This document shows, piece after piece, positions 43,657-52,759 of a stretch of 64,000 bases of DNA (positions within the stretch are counted from its first letter, which is position 1; each line of letters starts with the position of its first letter). A program made the translations under genes and the position numbers. The notes under the pieces are model-generated. The model ran no database searches. It saw only the letters and a list, made by a program, of their open reading frames with translations, and was not told where the DNA came from. The stretch is from contig MRSU01001977.1 of NCBI GenBank assembly GCA_008369845.1, positions 1 through 64,000 of the forward strand, given 5' to 3'. This DNA comes from Trichomonas gallinae. Lineage: Eukaryota.

Positions 43657-44805
43657 ATGGAAACGCAAGGATCTTCAAATAACACTCAAGTATTCCAGAC
43701 CCAAAGAGAGGTCTACAACCTAAGAGTTCCCATGTACCCCAACACGCCTCGATCTCCTGATAGTTACGTGAGACATTCGTCAACATACGAAACGCCGCAC
43801 CAGTCAAGGACTGAATCGGCAAGAGCACCACGAAGATTCCACTATGCTAACATATTACAACAGAGAAAACGAAATCCAGCTAACGATATTTTAATTCATG
43901 ATAAATCAAACGACATTCAGCGAATAACTGCACAAGTTTTGATGGGTGAAGTAGTTGAAGAGTCCGATCCACAGCTTTTGGGACTCGTTGCCATTAACTT
44001 ACAAAACAGAAGAAAACATTTGGAGTCAAAAGGCCAATACAGAGACTCTGTTCATATCCAGGAATGCATTGACAGAGTCAGAGAAGCCCAGCTAGAAGCA
44101 AATAAACTTGCTGTTCAAAGAATGGCGTTATTAGATATTGATTTGCGCAAATCTTTCGCTGATACAGACTCAACTATTAACAGTCATGTTTACGAGGCCG
44201 ACCTCGCAAAGCTTGACGTTCGCTACAAGAAACTGGAAGAAGAACTAAAAATCAGACAACAGAAAGAAATCGAAGAGCACGATTTAGAATGGAACAGTGA
44301 GTCTAAAACGCGCCAATACTCACATTACTCATCGAATCTCAAAGGCTTACACGATATGCACGCAAAATTAGTGAAAGCTAAGAGATATCAAGAGGCAAAT
44401 GCAGTCGAGTACGAAGCCTATGTAAAAGAAGAAGCTGAGATGAATGAGAATATGAGAAAACGCGAACATGATTATCAAAAATCTTACGACCAATTGATGC
44501 AGAAGCATAAGAAGGAGCTTGAACAACTCCATGAATCAAAGGAAATGAAAGAACACTTGTTGCTTAGAAAATCACAAATCAATGATCAAGTTATAGAAAA
44601 TCGTCGCAGAATGCTGAAGTTTAATGAAGACATTGCAAGTGATAAAGATAAGTTATGGAAGCTCAGACACAGAACAGATAGGTACAGCCTTCAAGAGTCA
44701 GAAATTCCGGGATTAACATCTGATCGCAAAGCTTTGTCGCAAGTTCCTCGCTGTCCAATGCTGAAGCTCCCTCCGCTCGTCACACGAAGCATGACTGGAT
44801 ACTAA
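43657..44805 (+). CDS. Coiled-coil protein (382 aa), related to the C-terminal part of 5694-7982
   Basis: W.SE...RQYSHYSSNLKGLHDMHAKLVKAKRYQEA aligns by eye with W.SQ...RAFSKPSVRLLQLRHQEKKMALSRRYQDA. Confidence 0.8.
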   Translation: METQGSSNNTQVFQTQREVYNLRVPMYPNTPRSPDSYVRHSSTYETPHQSRTESARAPRRFHYANILQQRKRNPANDILIHDKSNDIQRITAQVLMGEVVEESDPQLLGLVAINLQNRRKHLESKGQYRDSVHIQECIDRVREAQLEANKLAVQRMALLDIDLRKSFADTDSTINSHVYEADLAKLDVRYKKLEEELKIRQQKEIEEHDLEWNSESKTRQYSHYSSNLKGLHDMHAKLVKAKRYQEANAVEYEAYVKEEAEMNENMRKREHDYQKSYDQLMQKHKKELEQLHESKEMKEHLLLRKSQINDQVIENRRRMLKFNEDIASDKDKLWKLRHRTDRYSLQESEIPGLTSDRKALSQVPRCPMLKLPPLVTRSMTGY

Positions 44806-45264
44806 TTATGTTGTTTTTTATATTTATTTAAATTATTTGAATTTTACCTTTGATATTTCAAATATAATAAGTACTAATCTGGCAAAAGAAAAATTTTAAA
44901 TATTCCTTGAATTTAACTGATAAATTACAAAATTAATAAAATCTTGAAATTGATTTTTATTATTATAAATATATGAGATATTCAATGATAAAATAACAAT
45001 TTTAACTAGTTTTTTAGATGTTTTCAAAAAATATTTTTTCTATTTTAAAAAATTGTATTTGAACTTTAATATTTAAAAACTATGATGTATGGATCCAAAA
45101 TAAGAATAGTTGAAACTGATTTTCTGGATTTTTTTCTAAATTTATTTTTTGCAAAATATAATTTTGATTTGAGTTTTTGTTATTTAAAATATAAAAAATA
45201 TTGAAAGAGAGAGAAAGTTTAAAATAAAAAAAATCAAAAAAATATCCGAAAAAAAAATATAAAA

Positions 45265-47718
45265 TTATTCTTCTTGTTCTATATCAACAACAACGACGCT
45301 AAGGTTATCCTGTGAGCCCCTAGCGAATGCTATATTTCTTATAGTTGCCGCAGCCAGGTGAACATCTCTAACTTCAGCTGCAATTCTTCCCGCTTCTTCA
45401 TTTGTCATCACGTCGAAGATTCCATCGCAAGCCAACACGAGCCTAGTGTCGTTCTTCTTCAATGTGTAGGCAGTCATGGATGGAACTCTCATTACTCCGT
45501 CGATTGCGAAATCTCCGATCGCTCTAGAAACCGCCAAAGTGCCCATTAACCTGCCAGCTGACAAATATGCCCTGTTCTCTTTGACGATATCGAACTCTGT
45601 CCTATCAGTTGCCTTGTGGTCGCTCGTTAATTGCGCGATTGTTCCGTCTTTCTTGACTACAAGTGCTCTAGCGTCTCCCACGTGTGCGCAGCCGATCTCT
45701 GTTGGTGTAACAATGCACATAACTAGAGTTGCTCCATCGCGGACTTGAATTTTCCTTAATTGATCATTTAATTTCCTTATGACTTCAGCCATGCCAGAAA
45801 CTGACTTGTTCTCGTGCTTAGCGAAATACATGGGTATCAGATAAGCAGCGAGAGTTGACGTTCTGAATCCAGCGTGGCCATCAACAACTCCGTAGATTGC
45901 AGGCGACGGCTCTTCGCGTATGATCAGTGCATCCTCCATGGATGGGCGTGAGCCACATTGTTCTGAATATCCTGCTTTGTGGGCCTGGAAAAACTTGAAT
46001 TGCGCGGAAGTTGCTTTCGCGAACCACTCTGGATCATCGTAGACCAGTTCACGCATCTTGGATGGCGGTGGAGATGTTTGCGAGAACGTGCATTCTGTTT
46101 GAACGACATCCATGCAATCTATCATAGGAAACATTGAGAAATCGATTTCGATTTTGAGTGGATTGAACGCGAGTTTGAGAGATTTGAGGACTTCCATTGG
46201 GCGAAGGACGACTTGCGATAAATGATTATGTGATAAATCGATTTCTTGGATTAAAGGATAATCTTTGTCTAAAATGAATTTGCGTATTTTGTTATGTGAA
46301 GCATGTAAGTTGATCAGTGACTGCGGAAGACTTGGAATCGATGTAATATTGTTACATGAAATATTGATATATGGAATTTCTGGGAAAGTGGAGATAGATT
46401 TGATTCTATTGCATGAAAAATCGATTGACTTAATATTTGGAAGTTGATAAACAACTTCGGGAATCTCGTGGAACTGACATCTGCAACATGCTAATGTTAC
46501 AAGTGAATTTGGAAGCTGGGGAAGCGTACTGATTGGATTTTCGTTGAGAAGTAATGTCTGTAAGTTAAGAATTTGACCAATTTCTGGAGGTAACTTGACG
46601 ATATGATTTCCAGAAAGATCTAAAAACTGTAATACATTAAATTGCGATAATTCTGGAGGTACTTCGCCGATAAAACCGTGTGCTAGTATTAATTTTCTGA
46701 TATTCGTTGACAATTTTGGCATTTCAATATTTTCGATACAATTTCTTTCCAAATTGAAGATTTCAAGCGCGCTTTCGACAATATCCGGGACTCTGGCGAG
46801 TTTGTTCGATATGAAAAAGACTCTTTTCAACTTTGGAGCCGTTATTGGATAAACTTTGCGAATTTCGTTATGTAATGGCGTAAATATCTCTATATTTGGT
46901 GGGAGCTCTGGTACTTCTGTAATCAGGTTGAAGCTTATATCTAAAGTAGTCAAATTCACAAGATGACAAATCGGATCTTCCCATTTGCTGATAACGTTAT
47001 GGGAAACATCGATTTTTTTGATTTCTAGAGGTATGTGTGTTGGAAATTCTTCGAGCATGTTGAATGCCATCAATAATTCTTCGAGTTTCGGTGCGAACGA
47101 TGTTATTGGAGGGATGGAGAATATTTTGTTAAACGAAAGGTCCAAGTGCACGAGATTTGGGAACGAAATGTCGTTGTCGATCTTGCAAATTTCGTTTCCT
47201 GATAAACTTAAAACACGTAAATTTGGTAAACTCAGCGAAAGCGTTCGTATATTATTAAATCCAATATTTAGAGTGAGAAGAGAATCCGGAAGTTTTGGTA
47301 TTTCTGTGAAAAAATTCATTAAAAGATTCAAATTTTCCAATTGTGGAAAATCTAATTCGACATCTGTTAATTTATTTCGATCTAGATATAATTCTGTGAG
47401 AGATTTAAGTTTCGAGAAGGCCTTTGGAAGTTCTTCGATATCATTTTCCGTGAGAATTAACGTTGTTAGTTTTTCATATTGAAAGTCTATATCGAGATTA
47501 TTGGCAAAAAACGCTCCAAGATTGTTATCTGTAAGATTTAGAGATAGAAGATTCTTCAGAATCAAAGGAAATTGAGTTATTTTGTTTTTAGCAAACTCGA
47601 TCGCTTGTATATTCGAGTCAGGCGGAAGAAAATAAGGCAGATGGGACAACTTCTTCCGAGGAAGAGATATTTCCGTCTGATCGGGAGGAATAGCTGGCAG
47701 GGATTCGTCCTGACCCAT
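45265..47718 (-). CDS. LRR + PP2C (PPM) phosphatase, PHLPP-like architecture, predicted N-myristoylated
   Basis: ~20 LRRs followed by RPSMEDA, DGHAG, HVGDAR, DHK, LAVSRAIGD, ACDGIFD and QDNLS; N-terminus MGQDES (MGxxxS). Confidence 0.92.
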   Translation of the reverse strand: MGQDESLPAIPPDQTEISLPRKKLSHLPYFLPPDSNIQAIEFAKNKITQFPLILKNLLSLNLTDNNLGAFFANNLDIDFQYEKLTTLILTENDIEELPKAFSKLKSLTELYLDRNKLTDVELDFPQLENLNLLMNFFTEIPKLPDSLLTLNIGFNNIRTLSLSLPNLRVLSLSGNEICKIDNDISFPNLVHLDLSFNKIFSIPPITSFAPKLEELLMAFNMLEEFPTHIPLEIKKIDVSHNVISKWEDPICHLVNLTTLDISFNLITEVPELPPNIEIFTPLHNEIRKVYPITAPKLKRVFFISNKLARVPDIVESALEIFNLERNCIENIEMPKLSTNIRKLILAHGFIGEVPPELSQFNVLQFLDLSGNHIVKLPPEIGQILNLQTLLLNENPISTLPQLPNSLVTLACCRCQFHEIPEVVYQLPNIKSIDFSCNRIKSISTFPEIPYINISCNNITSIPSLPQSLINLHASHNKIRKFILDKDYPLIQEIDLSHNHLSQVVLRPMEVLKSLKLAFNPLKIEIDFSMFPMIDCMDVVQTECTFSQTSPPPSKMRELVYDDPEWFAKATSAQFKFFQAHKAGYSEQCGSRPSMEDALIIREEPSPAIYGVVDGHAGFRTSTLAAYLIPMYFAKHENKSVSGMAEVIRKLNDQLRKIQVRDGATLVMCIVTPTEIGCAHVGDARALVVKKDGTIAQLTSDHKATDRTEFDIVKENRAYLSAGRLMGTLAVSRAIGDFAIDGVMRVPSMTAYTLKKNDTRLVLACDGIFDVMTNEEAGRIAAEVRDVHLAAATIRNIAFARGSQDNLSVVVVDIEQEE

Positions 47719-47964
47719 CTATTAACTTTTTTACAATAAAAAAATTTGAAAAGTGACATAAAAATTTTCGCAGTCTGAAAAAAAAATCGGAAATTTTAAA
47801 TCTTTGTAAACTGTCAAAAATGTGATATTTGTGTAGTTGTAAAGTGACGGATTGATTCATTTGTATAGTTGTAAAGTTGTTTTTGACATGTAATACAATT
47901 TGAAGTCAGATTTTCAGATTTAAATCTTGATTTCCTGAATTTTGCTTGGTGATAACAGAATACT

Positions 47965-48430
47965 AAGATTTATGGGTATAGTTTCACTTTTTGTCATATA
48001 ACAATAGGTCATTTCTGTAGTAACTTTTTAGATAATTCGATAAAGTCAGTTTTGGAAGAGATAACAATTGAAACATAAATTTTATCACAATAATTTCACT
48101 TTTTACTATATAACTTTAGTTCATTCTAGTAAATTTATTTCAAAATTTTCAAACTCAATGATTCTATGAATGAAGCTTAATTATATAATCTTTAATACTA
48201 TATATTCACTTTTCCCCATATAACCATAGGTAATTTTGGTCTATTGATTATCAATATTGCGAAAAATCAAGAATTTCAAGAAATAAAAGTTAATAAATGA
48301 TCTATAGAAGTATCATTTCACTTTTTGATATATAACTATAAATGATTCTAGTTATTTCATCAAAAATATTTTGAAAAATCGGGAATTTTAAGAAATAAGA
48401 GATAGAAATGATCTGGATCAGTATCTTTAC
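47965..48430. repeat. Four degenerate ~111-bp tandem repeats
   Basis: ttcactttt....atataac..ta anchor at 47983, 48095, 48205 and 48317; copies 3 and 4 share gaaaaatc..gaattt.aagaaataa...aaatgatct. Confidence 0.75.
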
Positions 48431-48473
48431 AATATTTTTCTTGTTTGAAGTTTAGAAAAAAAGTTTATTATTT

Positions 48474-50078
48474 TTAGTAAATATCGAGTTCTATATCGAA
48501 GTAGTTGTCAACCCATTCGTTGTACATCTTCTCATCGACACCGATGAAGTAAGAGTTGTCGCACGCATCTGCGTTCTTGAGGTTGAGTGGAGGTAATTTA
48601 TCGTGTGTTGCGCCAACCTGGCCTGCCCACTCAGAGTGGAGCATTCTCGGGATGGAGGTAAACTTAGCGTCGAAGGCGCCGAAGCACATAGCCTGCGTGA
48701 GATCTTTGTTCAGCTCGAATCTTCCTGAGATTGCCTTTGTGACTGTGCCTTCTTGCTCCGGGAAGACATCTTTGTCGTTCAATCTGATGAGAGACTTGAC
48801 AGCATCGTCGCCTCCCAATGTCTGTGCCTTCTTCTGGAGGATTTTTGCGCGTGCGCAGTTATCATATGAGTACCAGGATGGATCATCGGCTGCGAGCTTC
48901 TCGTATCCGGCTGCCTTGTAGATTTCCTGAATGAATGGGACATCATAGGAGCCAACAAACCTCTTGTCTGTCATACGATCTGTCATATCTGCGGACATGG
49001 CTGTCTTTCCTGGGATTTCGTCAACTATCATGACGAATTCATCCTGGTAGCCTTCTTTGTACTTGAATTTCTTGATATCGACAAGAAGATATTCGATACC
49101 TGTTCCTGTAGAGTATAAATTCTTGTAGTTATCGAACCATTCGCCTGTTGAGTGTGATGAGAGTGTGGCAATGATGTTACGGAACCAGTATGGGAAGCCC
49201 TGCGCTGAAGCCATGATAGAAGAAGCATAATCGTTTGTTGTAATGATGGAAGTCGAAGTAATAGCAAGACCCATATCGGAAATGCAAAACTCATCATCGG
49301 AGTGAAGCATGAATGGATAAGAAGAAAGAGTGCGGCGATCAACAATATTTCCAATTGAGTTGTTATAGCGTAATCTGTAGCGCTTAGCAATTCTTGTGGA
49401 CTCACCATATGTACGCCAGGCTGTTTGACCGACGTAGACGTTATCAAGATCCCAAGTACGGCCAACGACAGCTGTTCCACGGCGTGTAAATAATGGAGCG
49501 TCTGCTTTGTTGAGAGCGTAACCCTTAGCACGCGCGATATCATAGATTGAAGCATGAGACATGTACATCCATAATTCTTCGAGCTTGAAATTGGCATCAT
49601 ACATCTTAGTATATGCTTCATGCATACCCTTGATCTGTGTGAATGTTGAAACAGCTGAGAAATAGTATGGATCGCTCATATTTGCGTCAACTAATCCCGT
49701 ATTTTGAACCCAATCAAGGTTGTCTTTGAAATATGCGAGGATTTTGTCTGGAATCTTATCGTTTTCGCAGTTAATATACTTAGAACATAAATGCTGATAG
49801 ACGTTTGTGATATGATTTTTAAGAAGGCTTCCTGTTAAGGCGCCTTCGATGTATCCGGCAGCACGTGCGACAGCTAAAGAATCAGCACCGCGTTGGCCTT
49901 CGATTTGAAGGTGATACCATCCAGTAGCATTTAATTCTGTATCGTCAAAAATACCACGAGCAATGGCATCAGCGTCATATTTGCCCTCCTTGTACTGGTA
50001 CTCGCCAGTCTCGGCATGGTAGTACGCCGAAATCAATCGCTGGACAGCGAGGCCGTGACATAACAAAAATCCAATCAT
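48474..50078 (-). CDS. Phospholipase B-like (PLBD, Ntn-hydrolase fold) secreted/lysosomal protein, probably inactive
   Basis: Signal peptide; LNATGW..L.I, AAGYIEG.LT, SSYP, SY.VP, Y..CARAKI, IS.R..L and G..DAK motifs typical of PLBD1/2. Confidence 0.85.
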   Translation of the reverse strand: MIGFLLCHGLAVQRLISAYYHAETGEYQYKEGKYDADAIARGIFDDTELNATGWYHLQIEGQRGADSLAVARAAGYIEGALTGSLLKNHITNVYQHLCSKYINCENDKIPDKILAYFKDNLDWVQNTGLVDANMSDPYYFSAVSTFTQIKGMHEAYTKMYDANFKLEELWMYMSHASIYDIARAKGYALNKADAPLFTRRGTAVVGRTWDLDNVYVGQTAWRTYGESTRIAKRYRLRYNNSIGNIVDRRTLSSYPFMLHSDDEFCISDMGLAITSTSIITTNDYASSIMASAQGFPYWFRNIIATLSSHSTGEWFDNYKNLYSTGTGIEYLLVDIKKFKYKEGYQDEFVMIVDEIPGKTAMSADMTDRMTDKRFVGSYDVPFIQEIYKAAGYEKLAADDPSWYSYDNCARAKILQKKAQTLGGDDAVKSLIRLNDKDVFPEQEGTVTKAISGRFELNKDLTQAMCFGAFDAKFTSIPRMLHSEWAGQVGATHDKLPPLNLKNADACDNSYFIGVDEKMYNEWVDNYFDIELDIY

Positions 50079-50611
50079 ATCTAAATAGAAATGAAGACGA
50101 TATGTAAACTATTAAGTTTTTTTCTGGATAAAATTGTTTCCATGTCCGAATACTTATTTTATCGCTATTTATCAACATCTTTTTCGATTTCTGATGACTT
50201 TTGTCTCGAAATTCAAAAATTCGGTAAATTCTAATGATAACCATCATTTGTTATCAATTCCTTAAGTTCTCATCATTTTATTGAGTGTTTTTATTTATTT
50301 AGAATTGGGATTTTTAAGGGTTTTTTATCAAAAAAATAAAAATGAAGTTAACTTTGTTGAGATTTTGGTTCAAATCAGCGGATAAATGATTTCTCGAAAG
50401 AAAATGAACCGAAGAATATATAAGGGAATCAGTTCTCTAAACTAAAAATGTGATTTTCATTATCATATTTTGATTATTTTTCAGATCGGATAAAAATAAA
50501 AAAGGAAATCGGAAAAACATTAAAAGCATGTGTTAAGAAAGATGTTTTATAGACTAGTTTTGATACAAAAGAGGTAATAGTTTTATTTTTATGATATATT
50601 CGTAGTATTAA

Positions 50612-51190
50612 TTAACAAGAGCAGTTTCCATTTTGATCATTGGCTTTGCGGTTTTGGGTTCGTGAAACATTTTCGATTATTTCTTCCTGGTTGATATCTA
50701 ATTCAGCAATTTTAGAGAAAATCTCCGAAATTCCTTCTCCAGACTTAGCTGAGGTCTCACCGAATAAAGTAGCACCCAGTTGTTGAGCTACATTTTTACC
50801 CATTTCTGTAGAAATGACTCTCTCTTCTGTCAGGTCACATTTGTTGCCAATAACAACAAATTTGATATTGTGTGGGGCTTTATCCTGAATTTCTGATGCC
50901 CAATCATCTAAACTTTCCAAAGATTCGCGTGAAGTAACGTCGTAAACCATTAAGGCCACTGACGAAGAACGGTAATACATTGGTGCGAGCGATCTGAACT
51001 TTTCTTGGCCAGCAGTATCCCACAACTGGAGCCTCACTGGGCCCGAAGACGTAGTAACGACCTTAGTCAGGAAGGCAGCTCCAATCGTTGCAGGCATGTT
51101 ACGATCGAAAGTACCCTGGACAAAGCGGCTCAAGACACAGCTCTTGCCAACCTTCGTATCTCCGACTAAAACAACTTTCAAAGAGCGCAT
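50612..51190 (-). CDS. Rab small GTPase, Rab5/21/22-related group
   Basis: GDTKVGKS, TIGAAF, WDTAGQEKFRSLAPMYYR, NKCD, ETSAK; C-terminal CSC prenylation motif. Confidence 0.97.
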   Translation of the reverse strand: MRSLKVVLVGDTKVGKSCVLSRFVQGTFDRNMPATIGAAFLTKVVTTSSGPVRLQLWDTAGQEKFRSLAPMYYRSSSVALMVYDVTSRESLESLDDWASEIQDKAPHNIKFVVIGNKCDLTEERVISTEMGKNVAQQLGATLFGETSAKSGEGISEIFSKIAELDINQEEIIENVSRTQNRKANDQNGNCSC

Positions 51191-51792
51191 TTGTTAAAAA
51201 AATGGATCCTCGTCACTTTTTACACGAAATCAATGCCATCATTTATGGGAAAAAAATCGGATACGCGCCTTTGGCTTATATCCACTATAGCTAAAATGTG
51301 TCGCCAGACGCAGCTTATGGGCTGAAATATACAAAAATTTTTATTTTTATTTTGTTTTTTCTCGAAAAAGCAATAGTTTACCAAACACACTTCTAATAAA
51401 CTTCCTAATGAAGCCTAATCATTAATACTTCTCCCATATATTCACGTTAAGTACATTAATATAATGCTTATTGCATGTTCATTTGGTTTATCAGGTAAAT
51501 ATGAAGCAGATGAACATTTTTGCCCGTGGATTTTAGCAACCAAACACTACATTACTTGGATCGTAATTTGTGAACTTTTAATAAAGCAAAAGATCCTTTG
51601 AATTATATATATTGGATGACATATTTCATCTATGACTTAGTATTTTGTCTTAATTTTAAATCATTTTCATGTTTCAAAATTAATAGATTGTTACAGAAAC
51701 AAATTGATAGTAAAAACGCTACAGTTACATGGAATATTATATGTGTAATCAGGAATTAAACAAAACTTGTTTGTATAATTTTGAAAATTGAT

Positions 51793-52566
51793 TCAGTTCG
51801 GATTTAATATTTGATCTTGATTTTGGGTTCGGTTAGAGATGAGTGCTAAGTAGTTCAAAAGCTTAACATGATTAACAAATATACTTTCAGCTTTTTCTAA
51901 ATCAGCTTTAACATCAGCCAACGCTTGACTGATGATTTGGTTGCTCTCCTTATCGATGTCATCAATTTTAGTAAGATCTTTGATGAATAATGAAAGTGCA
52001 TAAACATATAAGCTTTTCAAGCCTATAATATTCTCATGAATTTCATCTATGTCTGCATTAATGTCGTTGATATCAGGATAAGAAGAGATTTCCAATAATT
52101 GTTTGTTATTTGGCGAAGATTTGATTTTGACTGATAGATATTTAGCAAACATCTCTGAGCATTTATTCGTGACTTCTGAAAGAATCTTTTGTATCTCGAA
52201 ATTTGCATTTTCAAATCCAGTATCAATTTCAATTTGATCTTCTTTTGATACGTTCATTAGGTATTCTTCTGAAGACGATGGATAGAGTTTTTCCAATTTT
52301 CTACAAAATCTGATAGTAAATGATAAATAATCACGCATAACTTGCATAATAGTTCTGCCGAGATCATAGCTTACACCATTTTCAAAATAAAACAACCTTG
52401 TTGATTGTGTTAGAGCGCCGTATAATTTTTTGTATTTGTTATAATTGCGTGAGAATTTATCTAATGAGCTTTCAAGGAATCTTAGAGAACCAGAAAGATT
52501 GCCTTCTTTGATTTCTTTCATCAAACAAGCAATTTTTCCATTAGCTTCAGGTTGCACTTCTTCCAT
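51793..52566 (-). CDS. Hypothetical helical protein (257 aa)
   Basis: ATG-initiated ORF filling the space between Rab and RAB3GAP2; no domain recognised. Confidence 0.65.
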   Translation of the reverse strand: MEEVQPEANGKIACLMKEIKEGNLSGSLRFLESSLDKFSRNYNKYKKLYGALTQSTRLFYFENGVSYDLGRTIMQVMRDYLSFTIRFCRKLEKLYPSSSEEYLMNVSKEDQIEIDTGFENANFEIQKILSEVTNKCSEMFAKYLSVKIKSSPNNKQLLEISSYPDINDINADIDEIHENIIGLKSLYVYALSLFIKDLTKIDDIDKESNQIISQALADVKADLEKAESIFVNHVKLLNYLALISNRTQNQDQILNPN

Positions 52567-52759
52567 TACTAAAATTTTGACAAATTGTCAAAACGATTTT
52601 AATATTTTTGACATTTTACAAAATTGTCAATTTGAATTTTGACTTTTTAGCACTTTACAAAATTTACAATACAATATTCGCTCTTTTGACATTTTACAAA
52701 AATTATCAAAATATTTTGACATTTTGACACTTTACAAAAAAATTAATCATTGAATTTCT
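52567..52759. promoter_or_regulatory. 193-bp bidirectional promoter with dense TGACA/TGTCA repeats
   Basis: ttttgacaaattgtcaaaa near-palindrome (52575-52593), ttttgacattttacaaaa twice, ttttgacattttgacactttacaa. Confidence 0.65.

Noticed and set aside
44806..45264. Extremely AT-rich tract (origin- or centromere-like?)
   Set aside because: It looks like an ordinary convergent 3' intergenic region with no periodicity or distinctive motif.
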